Assembly: GCA_025201805.1 (NCBI GenBank) | Contig: MU619416.1 | Location: 1-47,395 of the forward strand | Source: Parasitella parasitica NRRL 2501 | Lineage: Eukaryota; Fungi; Mucoromycota | Reading direction: 5' to 3' | Length of the DNA stretch: 47,395 nucleotides | Notes under the pieces: model-generated | Told to the model about the DNA's origin: nothing | Databases searched by the model: none | Seen by the model: the letters and a program-made list of their open reading frames with translations, nothing else | Shown here: in pieces, positions 26,216 to 38,093 of the stretch | Numbering within the stretch: the first letter of the stretch is position 1 | Layout: each line of letters starts with the position of its first letter | Made by a program: the position numbers and the translations under genes

Positions 26216-26229
26216 ACAGTGCGCAAGTT

Positions 26230-26500
26230 GCAATGGCAACATCATATTTCTGAGCTTGAATTTACTACTGCGAATACAGCCCTTTAGCAGTGAAGCACAT
26301 ATTTCAAACGAGGAGCAAAGCATGAGCTCCATACGCAATTTGGTTATGTCTTGATAAGAATCAATAGCCAAGATGCTGTACAATATGACTTAAAAATTTA
26401 TTAGAATGTAGCTTTATGAGTTGGTTAAAATAAATAGCACCTAATCATCATGACCATCGCTTTTTTCCCCGCTTAAAAGCACAATCTACAATCTGTGATA
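26230..26500 (+). repeat. Repeat family B, partial diverged copy
   Basis: ttcaaacgaggagcaaagcatga...tgtcttgataagaatcaatagcc matches ~27785-27850 and the reverse complement of ~45370-45440. Confidence 0.7.
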
Positions 26501-27369
26501 TCTTCACAAACTATTACGCGATAGAGACACAACTTTCAGCCAAAATCTTCTTTTTTTGCAGCATTTTACAACATATCCGACTCTTATGCATGTCTGGCCA
26601 TTTTTCAGATTTTGCTATGTTTAGACCCCAAACCTCATATTCGATTTTTAGTTTTCAACTTTGGGTCAACCTTCAGGGTCATTTTTAGGCACGGATTTGG
26701 GGTCCAAGCCAAGTATACATCTAAGTACTGGTATGATAACTGTACCTCACTACGTCTTCCGATTCTCGATATCTACCTTTACTGTCAAGATATTGCCAAA
26801 ACTAGATCTTGCAGATTTTCCAAATTTTACAGCACATGTTCCTATAACAAGTACGAAATTTTCCAATTGAATTATGTTTATGTTCCTAAGTAAAGTAATA
26901 AAGCAAGTTTTGGTACATCTACTGGTAATAAACATGTAGTATTCAAGCTCAAATTCGACAAGCTTGGGCCAATTTTGTCTTTTTACGTTAAACTTTGTTC
27001 CCCTGTTTCTCAAAAAACTACTATGACACTTTGGCTTGAGTAATTATTAGAATCTTCTTGAAACCTAATTCTCTACTAGTTGTACTATTTTTTAAATAGA
27101 TATGTCGAGAAAAATATTTTTTCATATGTTTTTAGCAGAGGCTTAATTTATTTTTATAACTTTTGGAACAATAAATGGTATATAAAGATACATGATATAG
27201 CAATAATAAAATAGAGCTACACCATAGCCACCTAAAGATGTTTTTTTGGTCGAAAAATACCAATTTTTGAGCGAGAAAACCTCGAATAACGGAATCGATT
27301 TTTAACCTTTTGAATGCCTTCATTTTGGCCCTCTAAACGAAGGACCGGAAAATTGTACATTCATTTTAG

Positions 27370-27888
27370 TCGAGACGAGATTTTGATTTTTGGCAGTAAA
27401 AATAAAGCTACAGTTGTGAACAAGATATTGGTGTGTAGGTATTGACATGATGGTGTGTTTGGTTAACTTTATAGAGCTGAGTGTGCTCAAAATATACTTG
27501 ATTTCACTCAAAAACTATCAAAAAAGGCGTTTTTTGAATATTTGAAAATTGGTACTAAAAAAAGGTATTTCTATAGCCTTGTAACTTATATGGTTGAATG
27601 CAGAATTTAATTTTTGTTATAAAATATTTAGTACGTATATCGGATATACCTATTAAGTTCTTGAGATATCTAGCAATGAACTATGCAAAAAAAAGCTCGA
27701 AACTGGTTTGGGTCAAATGGAAACACACTGCTGAGATTCAATCTACAGCCTCTTTTTTGGCTGTAAATGAGGGCACTAACTATTTCTAATTGAAGAGCAA
27801 AACATGATTCTACTAGTCAACCTGGGTATGTCTTGATATGAATCGATAGCTGAGATACTATATAATACGGGCTCAAAAACCATTTTTG
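27370..27888 (+). repeat. Repeat family B copy (AT-rich, non-coding; likely non-autonomous DNA transposon fragment, may extend left to ~26590)
   Basis: Colinear with the reverse complement of ~45335-45792. The spurious ORFs 27320..27511 and 45651..45836 translate to similar peptides because of this homology. Confidence 0.82.
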
Positions 27889-28585
27889 TATACTGATGTG
27901 TTAATTTCCCAACCGGAAGTCAAACTCAAGTGCACTCAATCGTGGACACAATCCAGGAACATATCCCAATGGATCTTGTTCCCTTATTTATAACTCAACG
28001 TAACATCTTCATGCCATTCTCTAAATCACAACATGTCTCACACTTTTAGCTTATCTGATCTGCCATAATTATAGACTGGAGGTCATGGGAATTTGAAGAT
28101 TGAAGCTTGTCCTATGATGTGATGTGATACGCTTTTGTAAATTGGAGAATAAATTCTCTGTTTCAAATCAAGAAGGTTATTCCTGTAAGTAACACAGATC
28201 TGAGCACCAGGACAAAGGTTAAGGCACTGTCAGATCAAAGACGTGTAGCCCTTGTTGTATAACCTTACATCGTACCCTGTCAAGTAGATTGTCACTGTGA
28301 ATTAGTCTTGTCAATTAGTAATCTAAATAAACCACCATAAATTTATGTAGCTGTAAAAAGTATAAATAGCAGATGCAATTTCGATCTTAAATAAAGTATT
28401 TTTAAGCTTTCGTTTCTCCTTAACATTTGGTTTTTATTATCTTTTTTTTTTATCCAACATTATCCCCCCATCAGGCTACTTAGATACACTAGTATATTAA
28501 CCATCATGTTATCCATGTAATAAAGAAGTTCTTTACCTGATTAATTCACAGCCGTTTTATTTGAATAATTTCTTATTCTGATAAA
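27888..28585 (+). repeat. Repeat family A, copy 2, interrupted by a solo LTR
   Basis: Direct repeat of 25907-26215 with a 404-bp insertion at 28056-28459. Confidence 0.85.
28056..28459 (+). mobile_element. Solo LTR of an LTR retrotransposon (404 bp)
   Basis: TG...CA ends and a perfect 5-bp target-site duplication TTATC (28051-28055 / 28460-28464). Internal TATAAATAG (~28361) is followed by AATAAA (~28390) and a T-rich tract. The insert is absent from the paralogous repeat copy. Confidence 0.88.
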
Positions 28586-28639
28586 TCTCTCTTGTCAGTA
28601 ATAATCATAAACCTATCTGCGTATCCTTTATTATCTATC

Positions 28640-29403
28640 TGTCACTGATTATCTATTAAGGCCTTAGATTCCTGATACAATGAAATTATCAGAGGTTATT
28701 GTTACCAGGCAGTGATTTGGTATTGTCAATGATACCCAAGGTCTTAGTTCTGGTAATAATACCTTCAACACTCAGCCTGATGGCATCCTCAGTTTAATCT
28801 ATCCTGCTCTAACTAGCTTCAATGAAAGCGGCTTTTATTACAATCCTCTTTTTTGATGGGGGTTAAAGTGGCTAGTGTTGGGTGGTACCAATCCTGCTAG
28901 ATACAGTGCAAGTATTGAGCATGTACTTGTTATTCCTTGGACCTAAAACAATTACTACAAGTCGTGGCAACCGTATATCCAAGGCTTTACAGTTATTAAC
29001 GAAAATGCACTACTGGGTACAACATTCAGTTGAAAAAAAGTCATTTAGCTAGCTGTTTATAACACTGGTGCCACTTTATCATATACCGACATTTCCAACG
29101 CTAAAACGATTGTGACATCTATCACTGGCCAAACCACATTTAATGTTACTTTCACCATAAAACCAATAACACAATTGATGAATCACCATTAATTATGGAT
29201 ATTACAGCCTCTAGTTGGTTATTTCTTTTGATATCGAAGACATTACCACCGCTAAAATATGTGATTTGGGTATTGTTGGAACTTCGGGAGGATCTGATTT
29301 CTTGATCGGTCAATACCTTCTTCGCAACAATTATCTTACATTAAAATAACTAAATAGGGTCTTCTGCCTCCTCAGATACAACTATTAGGTTTGCTACATT
29401 AAA
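28640..29403 (+). pseudogene. Decayed, 5'-truncated pepsin-like (A1) aspartic protease, mucorpepsin/rhizopuspepsin-type
   Basis: Frame-broken translation: DTMKLSEVIVTRQ*FGIV...QPDGILSLIYPAL...YNPLF / LVLGGTNPARYSASIEHV...SWQPYIQGFTV / AVYNTGATLSY (second DTG motif mutated to NTG, 29061) / CDLGIVG...FLIGQYLLRNNY...TIRFA. Several stops and frameshifts. Confidence 0.85.
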
Positions 29404-29932
29404 ATATTTCCATACTGCCATGCAAATATATATCGATTTAAAAGTTTTTACTAACAAGTAAGAACACATTGCAATAAAACTGCAATGATTCGGCAAGTGC
29501 TAGTGCAACAGAGTAGAAAGTGTTGTGTCCGAAAAACAAGCTAAAAATAACCAACTTCTTCATACCAGTCCATATATGATCCAAAACTTACGGAATTTGT
29601 AGTGGCTGCTGTCGTATGCATGAAATACCCGTTGTTCTAAAAGATTTAATAGTAGTGAGACAACTATATTGTGGCCTTCAAGGGGTAACAAACAATGCAA
29701 TGATTGAATTTAATCAGCTCGTCTCCGCAGATAACGTTCAAGCACTGCCATCTAGACTAACAAATACCGACAAGTTCTAATCAATCTTTAGGCTCCTTAC
29801 CCCCGCTTAGCCCGGTGAATTATTGGCAATGAAGTCATTTCCCCCCAAATGAAATCAAGCTATATATTTATAGGCGCTGACAGGTGAAACAATTTCTTTC
29901 CATTACAATTTGTTTTCTAATTGTACAAAAGC

Positions 29933-31342
29933 ATGTCTAATCAACCTATTAGAATTGGTATTATTGGCACTGGTATTTTTGCTCATCGCCACAATAGAGC
30001 CTACCAAGTTGTTGGCAACGACAAATTCCAATTAGTTGCTTGCGCCAACAGATCCAAAGATAAAGCGTTGACTTTTGCAAAAGAGGTAAGCAATGCGGAT
30101 ATATATGAGACTGATAAGATCACTGATATCGAGAAGGTTGGAATTGAAGAATCTGCAGTCTACACCAACCCAATTGACCTTATCAACGACCCTAACGTTG
30201 ACGCGGTTGATGTTCTTTTACCTGTTCAATTTAATAGAGAGGTATTCATAAAACGCCAGGCATACTATTGATACTCATTCGATTGGTATTAGATTATTGA
30301 AGCTGCTGTAGCCGCCAACAAACACATTATGTTTGAAAAACCCATCGGTAAACACAAAAGTGGATCAAAATGTCAACTTTGTTACTGAACACAAATGCAT
30401 ATTAATCTTAGCCGCTTCGCTTAAAGATGCTCGTGATATCGTAATATTATCACAAAAAGCAAAGACAGTTGTCGCGGTAAACGAGAATTGGTCTTATCAT
30501 CCTTTAGTGTGTGCTGTGTCCGAGTTTGTCAACCAGGGTAGTATCGGAGAGGTAGCTTGCATATGCTGTTATTTCGCATCATTCAAAATACTTACACCAT
30601 CAACGATACATGTCATTTATAGATCATTAATTTTACGTATGACTCGGCTCGTCCTTACAACCCCAACTCTCCTTATCATGCTACCAAGTGGCGCCAAAAT
30701 CCTGAGCATCCAGGGTAAGATTGTTGCATCTGAATGGGAGATACAATTGGGGGATACTGACATTTGAGCTTTTTTAGGGGCTATCTTAGCGATGGATGTG
30801 TTCATGATATGGCACATTTGGTACCAATTCTTGGTAAGTTTGCCTCTGTAGCTGCTTTTGCAACCAAACGATACGCTATTCATGTTTGCGAGGATACGTT
30901 GGCTACGTCTATTAAGCTCGTGAATGGCGGTGTTGGCGTTGCCAACTTTACTTTTGTAAGTTGATAAATGCGATGGTTTATAATGGTAAAATATTTTTCT
31001 GATGAATGGGTTTTATAATAGAGCACAGCAGGTATCAAAAAGATGAGTCTTGTATTACATGGTACCAAAGGTACCATTGAACTCACTGACGATACTGATG
31101 TCAAATTGTTTAATGAAATTGGTGAACCTGTTGATATCTCTCCCATCACATCCCTCAAGGTCAATGCTCCTGGTAACGGATTAGCTGATGTAGAAGGCGA
31201 ATTATCCGCATTTTATGATGCTGTACGCTTTGGAAAAAAGCTAGGTGTCTCGACGGATGAGGCCTTCCATCATCTTGCCCTTATTGTTGCTGCGTTGAAG
31301 TCTGTAGAAACTGGACAAGTTGTCAAGATTGAACAAGTTTAA
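29933..31342 (+). CDS. Gfo/Idh/MocA family NAD(P)-dependent oxidoreductase, multi-exon
   Basis: Rossmann start IRIGIIGTGIFA, ACANRS, DLINDPNVDAVDVLLP, KHIMFEKPI, AVNENW, KWRQNPEHPGGYLSDGCVHD, LHGTKGTI. Confidence 0.93.
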
Positions 31343-31448
31343 TAGAAACATCATTGAACAAATAGTTGTAAAGACTTTTTAAATTTATCATTTGTATATC
31401 TGCATTGCTGTTTACATTGATTCGGTATATTGGCTGCATAGTACGATT

Positions 31449-31812
31449 TTAGGGATATCTTTGATAGTTGTTATATTGCACTTGCTCGACCTCTTCGTCT
31501 TCGTCTTCCTCTTCCTCATGCTCTGACCATGTATTGAGATACCTCAATTCTTCTTCTTCATTAAAGTTATTTTCCGGGAAATGATTCCACTGTCTATTGT
31601 CTGCTCCATCACGAGTGAATCGAAGCAAACCTGTATTACGCAGCATACTTCTTCCAACTATTGTATATACATTGCATCAGCGATCATTCAAGGCAATCAT
31701 CAGTCTAACTACCACAAGTTCCACAACAAAAACACCAAAATAAGCCAGACAGAAAAACTACTGCAATGGCCGAAAGCATGAGCCATGCTTGAAGCACACT
31801 TAATTCTGCCAT
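31449..31812 (-). CDS. Small single-pass membrane protein (102 aa) with juxtamembrane Cys cluster and acidic tail; exons 31812-31713, 31657-31449
   Basis: Splicing a 55-nt GTAGTT...TAG intron gives an intact 309-nt ORF: MAELSVLQAWLMLSAIAVVFLSGLFWCFCCGTCVGRSMLRNTGLLRF...EHEEEEDEDEEV...YQRYP*. Confidence 0.65.
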
Positions 31813-32593
31813 GTGTAAAACGAAAAGTGGAAAAGAGACACACGAATCCACGGTGACTAGCATGTCACAAATCACTGTACAACCAGCTCTAAATCACAGA
31901 GCCCAATGTATTTAAAAAACCATTATGCTCTTGGAAAGACGCTTTCATCACTAGATGCACGTCTTCAAGGAGTGTTGGCCTACTAGACCAGATGTGAGTT
32001 CAACTGACAGAATTGGTATATTGAGATACAATTGGGTGTTTTATGGAGGATGTAGAGTCCGTCGTTGACTCGAAGGATGGCGCTATACAGAAATTAAACT
32101 ATGGAAAGCTTACCCATTTTCAGAGTAATTGACTGACAATGCCCGTTTAAATTAAAATTACAGCAATGCTTTATTATTCAATACGAAATTGTTGGCACCA
32201 GGGCATTTTCACTGCTATGTAACAAAATATCGCAAGTTGTTCCAAATTTTTGAAACTCGAAACATCTATGCATAGCATTTAAATGCAGCTGTCAAGCTGA
32301 TCTTTCGAAAATCTGTAAAACACGGTTGAAGCATTATTTTTTTAAATAGCAGCCGTTGCATGTAACTCAACGCATTTCATCATGAATATATTTATAGTGG
32401 CAATCCCGTATAATATTATCCAAGAAGGTGTTTAGAGCCACAATAGTTAATTTATACGCATATGGTGCTCTATTGTAAACTGTTGATGTCTTTTATAACA
32501 AAAGTGCACCCTTCAATTTGTCCATTTTTCTATAGTAATCAAGAACTGCTATGGAAAAATCAAAAAGTAATTGAAGTGGTGTTTTTCTATTTA

Positions 32594-35135
32594 TTATAAT
32601 TCAGAGCCTATATTTGAAAACGTCTTTCGTAACTGGAATGGAGACAAGCCTTCTGGAGCTCCTACTGACCATATGCTGTCCCCAAATTCATCCATGATGG
32701 AGCTCATGACATCGTCATTTTTGTCCATGATTATTGCAGATTTAGTCGCTACTTTTTGTTGTTGCTGGTGAGAATCATCATCTATCTCCATCTTCTCAAC
32801 ATCACAGTATCCATTCCAAGCAGTCGAAGAAAATCCAAGTGATTCATTTGACGAGTTGCTGTCGAATGAATAGCTGGACTGTGCTGGACTCAGCATTGCT
32901 CTTTGGTACGCACTCAGCGCGCTGCCATCCTTACTGCTCGTTGGTCTAGAGTTCTGTTTTTGTTGCTGCTGCTGTTGCTGACAGTTGCGCTGTACATGCT
33001 CGCCAAGTACACTCTCTAAACGAGTGCACCAAACATCCTTTTCCTCCGCAGACTCGGTTTCGAATTGTATATTGGTTAGATTCCTAGTAGCAATAGAGCA
33101 AATAAATTGAAGAGGGTGAATTTCAAATAATGTTGACGGTTGCTGCTGTTGTTGCTGAGTTTGCGATTGTGGTTGTGGTTGTGATTGTGGTTGTGATGGT
33201 TGCCCGTTAAAAAACGATGGGTCGCTTATAGGTGTCGTGGATGTCTCTTCTTGATTGCGAGACCCATACTTTCGAAGAGATTGAAATAAAGCTGATCCAC
33301 GCCTTGAGAGTCGCTCATTGCTCGTTACAGGTCTCATAACTGTTCTATCGACAAGTGTGATTTTCCCTGGTGTATGTGTTATCTTGAATGTCGAATCAGC
33401 AGAAGGTCCGTAATAAGATCCTTTCTTTGGAGGAGGTGCCGGCTTGTTATCCACCATACTCAGTCTCTTTTTGTTCCTTTCCTAACACATACAATTTTTT
33501 TCAGTACGAGTGCTAGTATATTGAATCTCATGCAGCTTACCCTTGTACAAACAATCATGTCGTTGAACAAAAAGACGTAATGTCTTTGTTGTCTTCTCGA
33601 AGAAGACAGCGAAAACGCACTGTTCTTTCTGCTCAAGGTTGGGGGATGCATTGTGCTTGAAAATGAGACATTGGAGGAGGAATCTTCAAAGCGGGCCGAT
33701 ATACTCTGCTGTGTCCCCGGAATGATTGTCAAATAACCCTCGCATATTAACCGTCTTCCATATTCTGCAATACGGACCGTAGATCCTTCTAACCCTGATA
33801 TCCTGCTGCCCAGATCTTCGAGTTTGATAAAGTCCTCAGACTCCTTTTTCTGTTTCTCAAAAAATCGAAGAATAACATCCATTTCCATTAGAAAGCATTC
33901 AATATTTTGTAAATCATCGTCTGTTTCTGATAAGCATTCGGATAAAGATTTGAAAAATAGCGGGTACTTCATCACTCTCTGTATTGGGGTGAGTAAATAA
34001 GCCGTGAGTGGTAAGTTGCGGCATTCCTTCCATAGTGATCGTCGCTATAGTTGATGTATGTAATTCTTTAAGTTTGACATTGTCATCCAAACACAAGTAA
34101 ATGCTTACAGATATAAATGATCCAAACTCGTCTTGTATTCTAATGCTTTCTATGATTATATTATTGGCTTTTTCGAAATTTGAGAAGTACGCCGAATAGA
34201 CACCAAATCGGTTTACCTATATTTCGTGCTGCCTTAGAAATCGCGGTCAACATTTGCAAACAAAAAACTTACAAAGGATCGGAATATGTCAGTAATTGAA
34301 GAGACTATGGGGAACTGTATTTGTTTCGATCTTAACTCCTACGTAGAAATACTTGAGTGCGTGCCATTTGGGAGAGCTATGCTGCGCTAAATACCCGTAA
34401 CAGTTGCATATGTAATCGAATGATCTGAAATATATTTTCAAACAAATGGCGAACGGCAGAGGGCAATCCATCCCATCGAAGCGATTCTTTGATAAAGATC
34501 TAGAAGGGAAAAAAGGATTAGTACAAATGCTATCGGAAGTTTTTATTTTTATTTATATTTTCAGGGCAATTTGTTTGAATGATTACCTTGTATACCAAAA
34601 TCAAGTCATCCACGTAAGATTGTTCTGTCAATATTATCTCGTAAATGAGCTCTTGGTATTTTATCTCCTTGATTGTGAGAGAATGGGAGCTGTTTTGATC
34701 TGCAGACATGCTTTCTTTCCATGTCCGAGGCAATGCATCGACATGGGGAAATCGTGGCTCGCCGATAGTGGAGGCAACGTATTGCCATGATGGGGAGGCG
34801 TGAAGAGCGAATTCTTGGTTTACTGAAGACGATACAGCCTTGTGGCATGGTTCATCGTCAATCTCATTCGCAGCGAGTTTATTTTGAATGTTCTTTGCAA
34901 AACTATGGTTGTTGTTGAAAAATGAGGATGATGAGGGATTGTTAGTTGCGCTGTAATCAATCAATTGTTGCAAATTTATGCCCTTCAGAAAAAGCGATAA
35001 ATTCTTTCTAACCATCTCTTTGGCCTTCTTACCAACACGAGAGGATTTTATTCCTCCATGGGCTTTCTTTTGTATGCCTCCAGCTGGTTTGAGAAGGCCA
35101 AAAGAGTAGTTCTGCTTTTTCGTTTTATTACCCAT
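32594..35135 (-). CDS. Rho guanine nucleotide exchange factor (DH + split PH domain), multi-exon
   Basis: DH motifs KYQELIYEIILTEQSYVDDLILV and LPLTAYLLTPIQRVMKYPLFF; PH elements RRLICEGYL, HYVFLFNDMIVCT, FETESAEEKDVWCTRLE; Gln-rich inserts. Confidence 0.92.
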
Positions 35136-36907
35136 AACTGCTATTTCTATAAACAAGAGGTGGACTAGTCTATAATGTCAAATATCAGTTAAAGATGCAA
35201 TATATAAAAAGACAACATATTTCGCTGTCTTATATATCATCAACTCGGAGAAATATACGCACCATTTTGTATAACTGTGGAATTGAGAATATGGCAAAGT
35301 GAGTTGGAAAGACAGGAGAGGAGAAAAGAGAAAAAGGTACTAATTGTCATGATAGATCAGTAGAGTTTTATGTCGCTCTGGTCAGGTCGAATGTTTTGTC
35401 CAATTTCTTTGTTGTGTATTAAAACGGAAGATCAAGTCCATTTTTAGCAGTGTGTTGCTATCCCTACGTGTCAAGTTGAGTATCTTGTGATACACAACTG
35501 CAAATTTTCACCCTATCACCCACGTTACGTTAAAATTAGCATTCATTACTTTAAAAATCACGATACGACATTAAAAAATGCTACTCGAACGTGCATTTGA
35601 TTATATGCTTGACTCCTAAAGACCCTTCTTATCCATCAAACATACATGTTGCCAAAACAATGAACTGAGCGCATTGCAAATATTTAAGCGAGTTAAGGAT
35701 ACAGCAATAAAGCTTAGTGGCACGATATCGTCTGTAGACATTAGACTATCAGCTTATTCGGCTTTAGTATGCTTGGAATTGGTGGCAAAGGTTTAAAATC
35801 TCACAGAACATTTTTATGCCGACCCGCAACCACATCCATTTAGTTTGAACCTAACAAGTCTCCTACAACCACTGAAAAGGTATATACTTGCTGAATATAA
35901 ACCATAAGGGACGCGATAAGAGTTTTTGAAAACAATCAATTGGATCTTGAAAGTAGATTTAAACGAGATTATTAGGAAGTTCACGTTGTTATATTGTTAG
36001 ACAGGATGTCCTCCCCCTGAAATCAAATGGAATTAAAGGAGACTATATGATGGTGATACACTAGACAACATTAGCTATTTAATCACAAATGGCCTACAGC
36101 ATTTCGATTTCAAATTTGGATGATGTGAAGTTCATTTTAAACGAATTAAGATATAAATTTACATTATTTGGACCACTCCCCCCCCCTTTTTTTTTTGGAC
36201 AAAAGTACCAACTTGTTGTTTGAACATTTACACATGTAAAAAATCTCGAGGAGGTTGGATTACTTCATATCAGAATCTAAATGGTTACGGCCGCCCTTTG
36301 CCTGATCATTTTGACTTTGCTATTGTCATGCTGCAAACATTTACGACTAGAAATGACGTGAAATGAAGCGTGTTGACAGCCAATTGTAACAACAATTAGC
36401 TAACCCTTGACCTCACGCCTTTTCAGAGTCTTATATAGCTTCAGAATATCCTTACCACACCAACTTGAAGAAAGATATACTGTCTGCTTCATGAAGCGTC
36501 AACAGATATCTCCTACTTCAGAAAATGGTTGAGTAGAATCGTAAAAAACATTGTACAGTCAATTCGGATCTAATCTTAAAAGATTGCAATATTCACTTCC
36601 TTTTCCAAAATGAGATCTATTATATACGTAATTGGATCTAAAATATAGCTACAGAACCTTCTTTGAGAGTAATTTAATTCCATTGAAGGTTTTTCATTTT
36701 GCATGCATGAATTTTTTTTTTGGGAAAAATGAAATAAGTTAGTTGTCATTTGAATTGGTATTTATTCAGACGCATTAGGAAGAAATAAAGAAAAAAAACT
36801 GTACAGATACAAAAAACGCCATTCTAGTGTATTTGGTGAGTGAAATATGAATAATATATATTGTGAGAGCGTTGAGTAGTTTAGAAACAATGAAAGGGGA
36901 AGGGGGA

Positions 36908-38093
36908 TTACTGATCAGAGAAATTCGCACTTAATTCCTGGCCAGCAGAAAAAGACATGAGGTTCTTGTTGGTATTGTAATTATCGCTTGCGTTCTGATC
37001 ATCGCTAGAGGAAGACGGAGATGATAAAAGTACACTGGAAACAGGGCTTGGAGGAAGAGTGTTCATAGGAAAGACAAAATTTTGAGGGTTTGTGTTATGG
37101 TACATGGGAGGCATCATCATCTGAGGTTGTTGAGGTTGATCCCAATGATTTAGAGGTTTGCAATCAGAGATAGAGGGCGATGTCACAAAGACACTAGGCT
37201 GTTCATTGTTGCAATCTAAAAATATAAAGATGTCAGTAAATACCGAAACTAGCTATTTCTATAGAAATAATTACAATTTAGAAATAAAACTCACATGGAG
37301 AAGCAATGTTTGTATTTGTGGAAAGGCCTTGTCTTTCTGCTAATCTTCTAATGATGATCTGTTGCTGCAGTTGCACCTTTTTCATTTCTTCAAATCCTTG
37401 CAGTAAATTGGCAAAATTTTCTTGTAGCACACGGAACTGCTGGAGCAGATCAGCTTGAGACAATTGGACCATGGCAAAGGAAGCATGAATATCACCAGTT
37501 TCGCGACGCAAGAACTCAGAATCCATGGCTTTGCGCTTGATGCCTTCCAGAATATCTGGACGGCCTCTTTGGAATTTAGGATGAGAGAACTCCCAGATTT
37601 CGTTTTCGTTATTGCCTCGTTGACCACGAGGAGATTTGTTGATCTTGTGGAACCCATACATGTTTAATTGACGTACGAAGCTAGAGAAATTGGAGTGCTT
37701 GAAGTGCTCTGGAAGCACTTCCTGGGCAAAGCGAGTTGCATTGCAGACAAGGAAAGATGAGCCACTTGGGTTCCAAGATATCAAGTGTTGATTGCGCCTA
37801 TCGCTGACCATGCTTTATGTGCAATAATGAGATTAGTTTTGTTCCTAGATTTTTTTTTCTTTCGCTATTACGTACCTAAATAGTTTACTGATGAATGTGC
37901 TGACGCCTCTCTTTGCAGATCGTCTGTTTCCATCATCAATACTATTAGGCTCCCAATTACCGTCGTTAGTAGGAGACATTGGTGAATTTGAAGACCCTGT
38001 CGATGATAAACTATGACGACTATGACGATGATTGTAAAGATTGTAGGGATCTGATTGAGGTACAGAAATGTGCAATGAGTTTATAGCAGACAT
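36908..38093 (-). CDS. HSF-type DNA-binding transcription factor; 3 exons
   Basis: FISKLFSMV, LISWNPSGSSFLV, FAQEVLPEHFKHSNFSSFVRQLNMYGFHKI, WEFSHPKFQRGRPDIL..IKRK, followed by a coiled coil. No receiver domain is seen. TATA-like TATATAAAA on the minus strand at ~38164-38172. Confidence 0.95.

Noticed and set aside
27320-27511. Similar short ORFs here and at 45651..45836, suggesting a small protein family
   Set aside because: The similarity is explained by DNA homology of repeat family B, which extends well beyond the ORFs; both lack an ATG start.
28713-28715. In-frame TGA in the protease as possible selenocysteine or readthrough
   Set aside because: TAA and TAG stops and frameshifts also occur, consistent with ordinary pseudogene decay.
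31678-31703. TGATGA...CTGA (C/D box-like) in the intron of the small membrane protein gene
   Set aside because: The boxes span only about 25 nt in a 55-nt intron, too short for a snoRNA.
36908-38093. Naming the HSF-domain gene HSF1 or SKN7
   Set aside because: There is no receiver domain, and several HSF-domain paralogs are expected, so orthology cannot be set by eye.
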